Origin: Planctomycetota bacterium | Lineage (GTDB): Bacteria; Planctomycetota; UBA1135; UBA2386 | Reading direction: 5' to 3' | DNA length: 64,000 nucleotides | Assembly: GCA_046290465.1 (NCBI GenBank) | Contig: JBKAGP010000001.1 | Coordinates: 2,720,001 to 2,784,000 of the forward strand | Shown: piece after piece, positions 26,592 through 35,931 of the stretch | Layout of the letters: the number at the start of each line of letters is the position of its first letter | Position numbering within the stretch: position 1 is the stretch's first letter | Notes under the pieces: generated by a model | Database searches by the model: none | Told to the model about the DNA's origin: nothing | What the model saw: only the letters and a program-made list of their open reading frames with translations | Program-made: the position numbers and the translations under genes

Positions 26592-27686
26592 CTACTTGTC
26601 GCCGCCGTCCTCGGTCATCTTGGCGACGAGGTCCTTGGCGATGCGGGTCGCCTCCTCGCCGTCGTGGCCGCGGTAGTGGATCTTGAACTCGCTGTCCAGG
26701 ATCACGACCGTCGGCCAGCCCTTGACCGCCCAGTCGGTGGAGATCTTCTCCGGCCGACCTTCGTTCTGGTTCTGGAAGCTGCGCCAGTTGAGCTTGTTCT
26801 CGGCGATGGCCTTCTTGGCGCGCTCGATCGTGCTGTCACTGTTGACACCGACCAGAGCGAACGGCTTGTCCTTCATCTCTTCCACGAGCGACCGCTCGTG
26901 CGGGTACATGGCCCGGCAAGGGCCTCACCAGTCGCCCCAGAAGTCGAGGAAGATGACCTTGCCCTTGTAGTCGCTCAGCTTGAACGCCACGCCGTCGAGG
27001 TCGACGCCCGCGATGTCGGGGGCCGTGCAGCCGATCCCGAACTTCTCGCGCTCGTCGATCGCGCCGTTGATCTGGCCGACGAGGCCCTTGTCCTCGACCT
27101 TCCCGGCGATCGCGAGCAGCTTGGCGCGCGCCGCCTGGTACTCGTCACCCTCGATGTCGGCCGAGGTGATCGTCTTCTGGTGCGTCGCGAACAACGCCCA
27201 ACCGCGAACGTCCACCGACTTGCTCTGCATGAGCTTCGCGCGGGCGTCCTTGGCGAACTCCGGCGACACGATGCGATCGAGGAACGGGATCATGCGACCC
27301 ATCGCCGCCAGCTTGGGGCTGTCGATGTGGTCCTTCAGCAGCACCTCGAGGGCCGGACGCGCCTTCTGCTGGTCGAGGTTCACGACCATCATCAGGAAGT
27401 CGATGGCCTCGTCCTTGCCGGCGTAGTCCTTCGCGTATTCCAGCGCCTTGTCGGCGACCGGACCGAAGTCGGGGCGCATGCGCATCGCGCGAACGGGCTT
27501 GCCGTCCTGCGGCTTCTGCGCCTGCTTCATCGAATCGCGCCACTCCTTGACCGCCTGCTGCTGCAGGTCATTGAGCTCCTGCATGCGCTCGGCGGCGCTC
27601 GGCGCCTTGGTGACGGGTTTGGCGGGCTCCTGCGCGGCGACCGTGCCGAGCAGCAGAACCCCCGCCAGGAGGGATAGGGTCTTCAT
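26592..27686 (-). CDS. Exported TlpA/ResA-like thiol-disulfide oxidoreductase, predicted selenoprotein (UGA at 26925-26927, W-U-G-P-C); 364 aa with read-through
   Basis: ORFs 26925..27686 and 26592..26909 are in one frame: ...KGKVIFLDFWGDW-TGA-GPCRAMYPHERSLV...VGVNSD...WPT; signal peptide; SECIS-like hairpin. Confidence 0.88.
26883..26900 (-). promoter_or_regulatory. Candidate bacterial SECIS of the TlpA-like gene
   Basis: mRNA CACGAGC-GGUC-GCUCGUG perfect stem starting 25 nt after the UGA. Confidence 0.6.
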
Positions 27687-27844
27687 GTGGGTATCTCCGA
27701 GAACGTGTTCGCGCCAACCGGGCGCGACCCGACCACTCTGGACAGACGGACCCCGCGGTGCAACTCCAGCGTGGCCGGCCGCCGCGCCGTGTTACAGGGA
27801 TGACAAGGCTGCGGCGGCACCGCGGTCCACCGTAGGATGACGCC

Positions 27845-28669
27845 GTGACCGTCCGCTCCCGTGTGCACCAGGTGCTCGAAGGCCACCACGAGCCGATCGG
27901 CAGCATCGTGCGCTGGCTGCTCGCCGCGCTGATCGTTGCCAACGTCTTCGCCGTGGTCATGGAGACCGTGCCGTCGTTCCGCGCCCGCCACGCGACGGCG
28001 CTGGCCAACTTCGAGGCGGCATCGCTGGCGGTGTTCTCGATCGAATACGGGCTGCGCATGTGGTCGGCCGGCGAACACGCGCGCTTCCAAGGCCTGCTCG
28101 GCCGCCTGCGCTGGATGTTCACGCTCGGCGCGATCATCGACCTGCTGGCGATCGTCCCGGCGGTGTTCGTCACCGACATGCGGCTGGTGCGGCTGCTGCG
28201 CCTGGCCCGCCTGATCCGCATCGCCAAGCTCGGCCGCTACTCGCTCGCCCTGCGCACGCTGCGGCACGTGATGTTCGCGCGGCTGCCCGACCTGGTGTCG
28301 CTGAGCTTCGTGCTGCTGATCCTGCTGGTGCTCAGCTCGTCGCTGATGTTCCACCTCGAACACGACGCGCAACCGGAGCAGTTCTCGAGCATCCCGGCGA
28401 CGATGTGGTGGGGCATCGTCACGCTGACCACGATCGGTTACGGCGACATGGCACCGATCACGGTCGAAGGCCGCCTGCTCGGCGCGGTCGTCGCGGTGCT
28501 CGGCATCGGCATGTTCGCGCTGCCGGCCGGCCTGCTCGGCGGTGCGTTCGTCGAGGAGCTTGGCAAGGCCCGCCGGCAGGCGCGCGAACAGCGCGCGGCG
28601 GCGGTGGCCGAAACCCCGACGCAGTGCCCCCACTGCAACCGGCCGCTGTCCGCGGACGCAACCCCGTGA
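27845..28669 (+). CDS. Voltage-gated potassium channel family protein
   Basis: S4 RLVRLLRLARLIRIAKLGR; pore TLTTIGYGD. Confidence 0.92.
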   Translation: MTVRSRVHQVLEGHHEPIGSIVRWLLAALIVANVFAVVMETVPSFRARHATALANFEAASLAVFSIEYGLRMWSAGEHARFQGLLGRLRWMFTLGAIIDLLAIVPAVFVTDMRLVRLLRLARLIRIAKLGRYSLALRTLRHVMFARLPDLVSLSFVLLILLVLSSSLMFHLEHDAQPEQFSSIPATMWWGIVTLTTIGYGDMAPITVEGRLLGAVVAVLGIGMFALPAGLLGGAFVEELGKARRQAREQRAAAVAETPTQCPHCNRPLSADATP

Positions 28670-28679
28670 CGCCATCGAC

Positions 28680-30002
28680 ATGAAGGGCTCCCGCCTGCAC
28701 AAGCTCTGGGACCAGCTGACCTCGAGCTACTGGTTCGTGCCGCTGGTCGTGACCGGCATGATGATCGCGCTGGGCTTCGCGCTGGTCGCGCTCGACCGCT
28801 CGCCGACATCGGTCGACTGGATCTCGTGGATGGACGCGAGCCAGCCAGAAGGCGCGCGCGCGCTGCTGTCGACGATCGCCGGGGCGACGATCACGATCGC
28901 CAGCCTGACGTTCTCGATCACGATCGTGGCGCTGACGCTGGCGTCGGGGCAGTTCGGCAACCGACTGCTCTACAAGTTCATGCGCAGCCGGGTCAGCCAG
29001 TGCGCGCTCGGCACGTTTGTCGGCGTGTTCGCGTACTGCCTGGTGGTGCTGCAGAGCGTGCGCTCGGGGCCGGCCGAGCCGTTCGTACCCCGGCTGGCGA
29101 CGAGCCTCGCGGTGGCGTTCGCGATCGCCGGCGTCGGGCTGCTGGTCTACTTCATCCACCACGTCGCGCTGTCGATCCAGGCGACCACGATCATCGCGTC
29201 GGTCAGCGAGGACCTGCGCGACAGCATCGAGCGCTTCTTCCCGGCGGATCGGGACGGATCGCGCGACGACGACGACCGCGAGGCCTCGGCGGCGCCCGAC
29301 GGCCAGGCGGTGCGCGCGGCCCGCGGCGGCATCCTGCAGGTCGTCGAGGCCGACGGGCTGGTGGCGATCGCGAAGGAACACGGCGCCTGCTTCCACCTCG
29401 AGCGACGGCCGGGCGACTACGTCGTCGAAGGAACGGCGCTCGCGCGGCTCTGTGGCGACACGCGGGTCGACGACGACGTGCTGCAGCGCGCCGCGCAGCA
29501 GTTCGTGCTCGGTCGCCGGCGCACGCTGATCCAGGACGTCGAGTTCGCGCTGCAGCAGCTGGTCGAGATCGCCGTGCGCGCACTGTCGCCGGGCATCAAC
29601 GATCCGTTCACCGCCTGCTCGTGCATCGACGAGCTGGCCTCGGCCCTGGCGCGCATCATGACCAAGGGCGAGCTGCCTGGCGGCATCCGCGATCAGGACG
29701 GCGTGCTGCGCGTCGCGCTCGACGTCACCGGCTTCGACGGCCTGACGGCCGCGGCGTTCGACCAGATCCGCCAGCACGCCGCGCGCAGCGTCGCCGTACG
29801 CATCCGCCTGCTCGACCGCCTGCGAGTGCTGGCCGGCCTCGCGGCGCGCGACGAACACCTCGCCGCGATCGAGCAACAGGCGGTCGCGACGTTCGACGGC
29901 GAAGGCGACGGCCTGGTCGACAAGGACCTGAGAGACCTGCGCGCCCGACGCGAACGGTTCGACCGGACGCTGGCGCAGCGACGCGGCGAACTTTCGGCGT
30001 GA
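28680..30002 (+). CDS. DUF2254 membrane protein
   Basis: SYWFVP, FSITIVALTLASGQF, EIAVRALSPGINDPFTA. Confidence 0.9.
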   Translation: MKGSRLHKLWDQLTSSYWFVPLVVTGMMIALGFALVALDRSPTSVDWISWMDASQPEGARALLSTIAGATITIASLTFSITIVALTLASGQFGNRLLYKFMRSRVSQCALGTFVGVFAYCLVVLQSVRSGPAEPFVPRLATSLAVAFAIAGVGLLVYFIHHVALSIQATTIIASVSEDLRDSIERFFPADRDGSRDDDDREASAAPDGQAVRAARGGILQVVEADGLVAIAKEHGACFHLERRPGDYVVEGTALARLCGDTRVDDDVLQRAAQQFVLGRRRTLIQDVEFALQQLVEIAVRALSPGINDPFTACSCIDELASALARIMTKGELPGGIRDQDGVLRVALDVTGFDGLTAAAFDQIRQHAARSVAVRIRLLDRLRVLAGLAARDEHLAAIEQQAVATFDGEGDGLVDKDLRDLRARRERFDRTLAQRRGELSA

Positions 30003-30106
30003 GTGCTGCGTGCGGTGGTTGCCCGCCACCCGCACCAGCCGGCCCCTCTGGGCGGTGTGTCCGTGCCGACGGCGGCCTGACGCCGGCACGGCAGCTAGGC
30101 ACAGCC

Positions 30107-30502
30107 TCAACTCCAGTAGCTCGTGTGACCCGGGTTCTGCCCCTGTAGCACGACGGACTTCCAGCGGCCATCGGGCTCGAGCGTGATGTCGAGCAAGCTG
30201 CCACCTTCCGTCAGCATCGTGTAGCCACTGCCGTTGTTCGCCGCGTAGCCGCTCTCGTCCTCGAGCCAGATCGCGACGTTGTCGACCACGAGCCAGACGT
30301 CGACCCGGAAATTCCCTCGCTGCCCACCGACCGGCGCGACGGCGATGACGAGGTCACCCATGGTCGAGATCGGATCGCCCGCGGCGTCCGTGACCTCGTA
30401 GGTCGCCGGCCCGAGCGACGGCGGAGAACCAGCCGGTGCCGCAGCCCGAGCGCTGGAGACGAGAGTGAGGAGCAGGATGAGCAGCGAAGCGATGCGAATC
30501 AT
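30107..30502 (-). CDS. Secreted hypothetical protein
   Basis: Signal peptide, beta-rich 131 aa. Confidence 0.6.
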   Translation of the reverse strand: MIRIASLLILLLTLVSSARAAAPAGSPPSLGPATYEVTDAAGDPISTMGDLVIAVAPVGGQRGNFRVDVWLVVDNVAIWLEDESGYAANNGSGYTMLTEGGSLLDITLEPDGRWKSVVLQGQNPGHTSYWS

Positions 30503-30650
30503 GGGATCGTGCAGATGCCGGGATCGAGTCGTGCCGTTCGGACGACCAGTGGTCCGAACCGTCGCACGAGTTCGTCATGCCCCGGTCGCCACGGATGTTT
30601 CGGAAACACGTCCCTTTCCCCGCGGAAGCCCGCCGGCCTACCATCTCCGC

Positions 30651-31886
30651 GTGCCATCGCCTGCGCTGCTGCTCCCCGAACGATCCTCCACCGAGCCCGA
30701 GGGCCTGGCCGAATACCGCCAGCGCGGCGGCTACCAGGGCCTTTCCGCCGTCCAGCAGCGCGGTCCCGCGTGGCTGTGCGACGAGGTCGAGGCGTCGGGG
30801 CTGCGCGGGCGCGGTGGCGCGGCGTTCCCGACGATCCGCAAGTGGCGCCTGGCGGCGGATGCCGAGGGCGGCGAGAAGTACATCGTCGCCAATGGCGGCG
30901 AGCACGAGCCGGGCAGCAACAAGGACCGCCATCTGGTCGAACGGCATCCACACGCGGTGCTCGAGGGCCTGCTGTGTGCGGGCCTCGCGACCGGGGCGAG
31001 CAAGGGCTACCTGTACCTGATCGAGGACATGGATGGCCCGCGCAGGAGCGCCGAGATGGCGGTGCGCGAGGCGGAGCAAGCGGGGTTGCTGCCGTTTCCG
31101 GTCGAGATCCACCTCGGGCCGACGACCTACGTCGCCGGTGAGGAGACCGCGGCGCTCAACTCGATCGAGGGCCAGCCGGCCAAGCCTCGCAAGAAGCCGC
31201 CGTTCCCCGGCGAAGCGGGGCTGTTCGGCAAGCCGACGACGGTGAACAACACCGAGACGCTGGCGCACGTCGCGTGGATCGCGCGCGAGGGCAGCGCGCC
31301 GTTCGCCGCGATCGGCACCGCCGAGAGCAAGGGCACGCTGCTGTTCACGCTCGGCGACGAGGTGAACCGGCCCGGCGTCTACGAGTTGCCGTTCGGCGCC
31401 AGCTACCGCGACCTGATCGAGGGCTGCGGCGGCGGCGTCCGGGACGGCAAGGCGATCCGCGCGATCCTGCCGGCGATGTCGGCGCCGTTCCTGCACGCGA
31501 GCCTGCTCGACGTGCCGATCGGCTACGAGACGCTCGCCGCGCACGGCAGCGGCCCCGGCTGCGGCGGGGTGCGCATCGTGACCGAGGACACCGACGTGGT
31601 CGCGATGACGATCGAGATCGCCGAGTTCTTCATGAAGGAGCAGTGCGGCCAGTGCCCGCCGTGTCGCATGGAGACCAACCAGTTCGTGCACATCCTCAAG
31701 GCCGTGCAGGCCGGCAAGGGGCCGGGCTACGACGCCAAGCTGACCAGGCTGGCGACGTTCTCGCGCCGCAAGGGCCACTGCTCGTTGATCGAGATGGCGG
31801 CGGCTCCCGTGGTCAGCGCGCTGAGCGTGTTCGCCGACGACTTCGCCGCGGCCGCCGGCCCGGGCACGCCCGACGCCGACAGCTAG
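30651..31886 (+). CDS. Stand-alone NuoF-like FMN/[4Fe-4S] NAD(P)H oxidoreductase
   Basis: GLRGRGGAAFPT, EPGSNKDR, YVAGEETA, VNNTETLA, CGQCPPCR...C; no other nuo genes adjacent. Confidence 0.88.
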   Translation: MPSPALLLPERSSTEPEGLAEYRQRGGYQGLSAVQQRGPAWLCDEVEASGLRGRGGAAFPTIRKWRLAADAEGGEKYIVANGGEHEPGSNKDRHLVERHPHAVLEGLLCAGLATGASKGYLYLIEDMDGPRRSAEMAVREAEQAGLLPFPVEIHLGPTTYVAGEETAALNSIEGQPAKPRKKPPFPGEAGLFGKPTTVNNTETLAHVAWIAREGSAPFAAIGTAESKGTLLFTLGDEVNRPGVYELPFGASYRDLIEGCGGGVRDGKAIRAILPAMSAPFLHASLLDVPIGYETLAAHGSGPGCGGVRIVTEDTDVVAMTIEIAEFFMKEQCGQCPPCRMETNQFVHILKAVQAGKGPGYDAKLTRLATFSRRKGHCSLIEMAAAPVVSALSVFADDFAAAAGPGTPDADS

Positions 31887-31888
31887 CC

Positions 31889-33028
31889 GTGCCACGCTTC
31901 TACGCAGCCTGCACCCTCGGCCTCGAGGAAGTGCTCGTCGACGAACTGCACGGCGTCGAGGCGTCGAACATCCGCGCCCGCCGCGGCGGCGTCGAGTTCA
32001 CCGGCGACCTCGCCACCGGCTACCGCGCGTGCCTGTGGCTGCGCTCGGCGACCCGCGTGCAGGAGGAGCTGGTGCGCGGCCGCGTGCGCGATCGCGACGA
32101 CCTGTACGAGCTGACCGGGTCGGTCGACTGGTCGATCTTCATCACTCCGCGCAACACGCTGGCGGTCGACGGCGCGGTGCGCGACAGCTTCGCCAACGAC
32201 ACGCGCTACCCGTCGCTGGTCGTCAAGGACGCGATCTGCGACCAGTTCGTGCACTTCGACGGCGAACGGCCGAGCGTCGACCGCGACCAGCCGGACCTGC
32301 CGCTCAAGCTGGTGCTGCAGCACGACCAGGCGATCCTCTACCGCGAGTTCGGCGGCGCGCCGCTGCACAAGCGCGGCTACCGCGAGGTGCAGCACAAGTC
32401 GCCGCTCAACGAGGCGCTCGCCGCTGGGCTGGTGCTGTTGAGCGACTGGGACGGCGAGGCGCCGCTGGTCGACCCGATGTGCGGCAGCGCGACGTTCCTG
32501 ATCGAGGCGGCGTTCCTGGCGATGGACCGGGCGCCGGGCCTCGGCCGGGCGTTCGCGTTCGAGCGCTGGAAGGACACCGACCAGGACGCGTGGCAGAAGG
32601 TCTACGACGAGGCCGAGGAGCGCGCCGCCCGCCGCCAGGACGCCTGCCCGCAGCTCGCCGGCAACGACCGCCACCCCGGTGCGATCGCGATCGCCCGGAA
32701 GGCGCTGCAGCAGGCGAGGCTCGGCGACCGGATCCAGCTCGACCACACCGACGCGCGCGACTGGCAGCCGCCGTTCGAACCCGAGTGGATCTGCACCAAC
32801 CCGCCCTACGGCGAACGGCTGCAGAACGACGACGACTCGCTGTTCGACAGCTGGCGCTCGCTGGGCAACTTCCTGCATCGCTGCGACGGAGCCACCGCGC
32901 ACGTGCTGTGCGGCGATTCCGCGCTGACGCGCCACCTCGGGCTGCGCGCCGACCGCAAGTTCCCGGTGCGCAACGGCCCGATCGAATGCCGCTGGCTGCG
33001 CTACGAGATCGGCGACGCCGAGCGCTGA
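31889..33028 (+). CDS. THUMP-domain RNA methyltransferase (RlmL-like)
   Basis: LHKRGYR, PLNEALAAG, DPMCGS, TNPPYGERL. Confidence 0.9.
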   Translation: MPRFYAACTLGLEEVLVDELHGVEASNIRARRGGVEFTGDLATGYRACLWLRSATRVQEELVRGRVRDRDDLYELTGSVDWSIFITPRNTLAVDGAVRDSFANDTRYPSLVVKDAICDQFVHFDGERPSVDRDQPDLPLKLVLQHDQAILYREFGGAPLHKRGYREVQHKSPLNEALAAGLVLLSDWDGEAPLVDPMCGSATFLIEAAFLAMDRAPGLGRAFAFERWKDTDQDAWQKVYDEAEERAARRQDACPQLAGNDRHPGAIAIARKALQQARLGDRIQLDHTDARDWQPPFEPEWICTNPPYGERLQNDDDSLFDSWRSLGNFLHRCDGATAHVLCGDSALTRHLGLRADRKFPVRNGPIECRWLRYEIGDAER

Positions 33029-34284
33029 GCGCGGCCGAGCGACGCGGCGATCCCGATCCAGAACAGCGCGAACCCGACCGTCACGGCGACGATCGCGCCG
33101 ACGCCGAGGCCGAGCTGCCGCAACCACACCTGCGCCAGGGCGCCGACGAGGTCGCCGAGGCGGTAGGCGAACGTGTCGAGCAGGAACTTGACCTTGTGCT
33201 TGGTGGCCAGGTCGAGCGGCGTGTAGAGCACCTCCCGCGCCGGCTTCTCGACCGCGTAGTTGATGCCGCGCCGGACGACCTGGATCACGAAGATCGCCGC
33301 GGCGGTCGGCACCAGCCAGTAGCCACCGAGGCCGAAGATCGAGAACACCGGCAGCGCCGCCAGCAACACGACCGCGCTGGTGCGCGTCATCATGCGGCCG
33401 GTCCAGAACACCTGCAGGAACAGCACGACCGCGTTGCCGTAGAGGCCGACGTCGGCGAGGAACGTGCGCTGCTGCCAGGCCTGGTCGATCTCTTCGCCGA
33501 CCAGCTCGGTCTGGGCCGCCTCGAACGCGGTCGCGACGAAGCCGACCAGCATGATGTAGATCATGATCTGGAACGCGCGGCGATCGCTGGCCAGGATCCG
33601 CAGCCCCTGCAGGATGCCGCCGGACGCGTGCTGGCGATCGGTGTCGCCGCCGTCGAGTCGCAGGCACGGATCGTGCGACCGGTAGAACGCGAACAGACCG
33701 ACCTGCATCAACACCGCGGCGGCCACACCGAAGCCCCACAACGGCACGTCCCAGCCGAGCTGTGCGGGCAGCTTGACGCCGTAGGAGCCCGCCATCGCCC
33801 CCAGCGTGCCGCCGACCGCGACCAGGCCGAACAGCCGTTTGGCCTGGCCCTTGCCGTAGTGCTCGACCGCGTGGATCCAGATCAGCGCCGGCACCGCGAC
33901 GTTCATCGCCGAGAAGCCGCCCCAGAAGACCTTGCCGATCCACGGGTTCTCGCTCCACCGGTGCTCGCCGACGAACGTGAAGCCGACCGCCAGCAGCAGC
34001 AGCGCAGCGGTGGCCACGTGCATGCAGATCGGCACGAACCGGCGGCTCGCCATCCGGTTGGCCAGCGACCAGAACGGCACCACCACGACCACCGTCGCGA
34101 CCAGCGTCATGCTGTACAGCTCCGGCATCGCCTCGACGCCGCGCGCCACCCCGAGCTGGCCGCGGATCGGGCGCAGCATGAACATGCTGGCCAGCGACGC
34201 GAAGTACATCACCGCGATCCAGAAGGTCGCATGGCGCTCGGCGCGGGTGGCCGTGTGCAGTCCGAGCGGGCGCCAGAGGTTCAT
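33001..34284 (-). CDS. NTP/NDP exchange (Npt/TLC-like) MFS transporter
   Basis: LRPIR, AKRLFG, RRGINYAVEKPAREVLYT, KVKFLLDTFAYRLGD. Confidence 0.82.
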   Translation of the reverse strand: MNLWRPLGLHTATRAERHATFWIAVMYFASLASMFMLRPIRGQLGVARGVEAMPELYSMTLVATVVVVVPFWSLANRMASRRFVPICMHVATAALLLLAVGFTFVGEHRWSENPWIGKVFWGGFSAMNVAVPALIWIHAVEHYGKGQAKRLFGLVAVGGTLGAMAGSYGVKLPAQLGWDVPLWGFGVAAAVLMQVGLFAFYRSHDPCLRLDGGDTDRQHASGGILQGLRILASDRRAFQIMIYIMLVGFVATAFEAAQTELVGEEIDQAWQQRTFLADVGLYGNAVVLFLQVFWTGRMMTRTSAVVLLAALPVFSIFGLGGYWLVPTAAAIFVIQVVRRGINYAVEKPAREVLYTPLDLATKHKVKFLLDTFAYRLGDLVGALAQVWLRQLGLGVGAIVAVTVGFALFWIGIAASLGRAQRSASPIS

Positions 34285-34384
34285 GGCCGCTGATTACGGG
34301 GAGGGCTCCGGCAGCGCGAGGATTCGTCGCGACTTTCACAGGACGGTGGTCCGGCGCGGCGCGCGCCCTATCGTGCCAGCGCGC

Positions 34385-35281
34385 ATGCGCGAACCCGGAA
34401 CCTCCTACGTCCCCCACCTGCTGATGACGGCGCTGATCGCGACGTGGGCCGGCAGCTTCGTGGTCGCCAAGTTCGCGATGCAGTGGATGACGCCGTTCGC
34501 GGTGGTCGCCTCACGCTTTCTGCTCGGATGCCTGTGCATCCTGCCGTTCTTCCTGCGCTCGACGGAGCGGCAGCGCGAGGGAACGCTCGGCCCGGGCATC
34601 CTCGCGGGCCTGGTGCTGGCGATTCCGTACTTCCTGCAGATGTATGGCGTGCGTGAGACCACCGCGTCGATGGGCGGCTTCGTGACCGGCCTGATCGTGC
34701 TGCTGGTCGCGGTCGGTGGCGCCCTGTTCTTCGGCGCGCGCATCGGCAGGGCGACGATCGTCGGGCTGATGCTCGGCCTGACCGGCATCGTCACGCTGTG
34801 TTTGACCGGCGACGTCGACCCCGACGGCGTGCAGACCAACACGCTGCGCGGCATCCTGCTGCAGGTCGGCTCGGCGGTCGGCTTCGCCGCGCACATCCTG
34901 CTGCTGTCGCACTACGGCAGCAAGCTCGCGACGGCGCCGTTCGCGTTCTGGCAGCTGGCGTTCACCGGCGCGCTCGCGACGCTCGGCACGATCTTCGTCA
35001 GCGGGATCGCGGTCGAAGGCGAGCCGTTCGCGTGGTCGCTCGGTCTGCTGCTGGCGCTCGGCTACCTCGGCGTGCTCGCGACCGGCGTCGCGATCGGCGT
35101 ACAGGCGTGGGTGCAGCCCAAGATCAAGCCGACCCACGTGGCGCTGCTGTTCGCGCTGCAGCCGCTGTTCGGCGCGATCGCCGGCTGGCTGTTCCGCGAC
35201 GAACACCTCGGCCCCGCGCAGTGGCTCGGCGGTGGCCTGATCGTGACCGCCGTCGTGATCACCGCACGCGAACGTTCCTGA
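34385..35281 (+). CDS. EamA/DMT-family transporter
   Basis: 10 TM pattern, WAGSFVVAK, LQPLFGAI. Confidence 0.9.
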   Translation: MREPGTSYVPHLLMTALIATWAGSFVVAKFAMQWMTPFAVVASRFLLGCLCILPFFLRSTERQREGTLGPGILAGLVLAIPYFLQMYGVRETTASMGGFVTGLIVLLVAVGGALFFGARIGRATIVGLMLGLTGIVTLCLTGDVDPDGVQTNTLRGILLQVGSAVGFAAHILLLSHYGSKLATAPFAFWQLAFTGALATLGTIFVSGIAVEGEPFAWSLGLLLALGYLGVLATGVAIGVQAWVQPKIKPTHVALLFALQPLFGAIAGWLFRDEHLGPAQWLGGGLIVTAVVITARERS

Positions 35282-35334
35282 GCGGCGGTGCGCCGGTCCG
35301 GACCAGCGAGCCGTGCCGCCAGCTGTTCTGGTTG

Positions 35335-35931
35335 CTAGCGGTCCTGGGCCGCGCCCGGCTTGGGGTAGGCGCCGAGCTGCAGCCGGTAGCTGCGGCCGCC
35401 CTCGACCCGCTGGTCGTGGTACTTGGTCACCAGCTCGGCGATCGCGTCGGTCAGCTCGTCCGCGAACGCCGCGCGCGCTGCAGGCGACGCGAACCGCACC
35501 TCGGTCTCGGCGGCGAACGTCGGCAGCTGCTTGCCGGCCTGCTCGGCAGAGCGCTGCAGCTCTTCGAGTTCGCGGATCGTGCGCGACGCGAGCGCCACCT
35601 GGAACGCGACCGAGAAGCGGTCCTGGAACCGTTCGGGCGTCACCGCGAGCGGGCCGAGCACCGCCGACGACAGCGCGTAGCGCTCGCCGGTGCGGCGGTA
35701 GATCCGTTCGGTGACGCTGCCGCGCTTCTTCTCCTCGACCAGCTCCACCAGCTGCTGTGCCTCGAGCTCGCGCAGGTGGTAGTTGACGCGCTGACGCGGC
35801 AGGTCCAGCGCGCGCGCCAGCCCGGCCGCCGACGACGGATGCTCGAGCCGTTCGAGCAGCTGCAGACGCGTGCGGTCGAGCAGCACCTGGGCGCGCTCCG
35901 GCTCGCGCACGATGTCGACGACGCGGCTCAC
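35335..35931 (-). CDS. ArsR-like winged-helix transcriptional regulator
   Basis: SAAGLARALDLPRQRVNYHLRELE; start overlaps the SRPBCC stop. Confidence 0.85.
   Translation of the reverse strand: MSRVVDIVREPERAQVLLDRTRLQLLERLEHPSSAAGLARALDLPRQRVNYHLRELEAQQLVELVEEKKRGSVTERIYRRTGERYALSSAVLGPLAVTPERFQDRFSVAFQVALASRTIRELEELQRSAEQAGKQLPTFAAETEVRFASPAARAAFADELTDAIAELVTKYHDQRVEGGRSYRLQLGAYPKPGAAQDR

Noticed and set aside
30003..30106. Hairpins between DUF2254 and the secreted protein as an ncRNA
   Set aside because: Imperfect GC-rich stems between convergent genes are adequately explained as terminator-like or chance structures.
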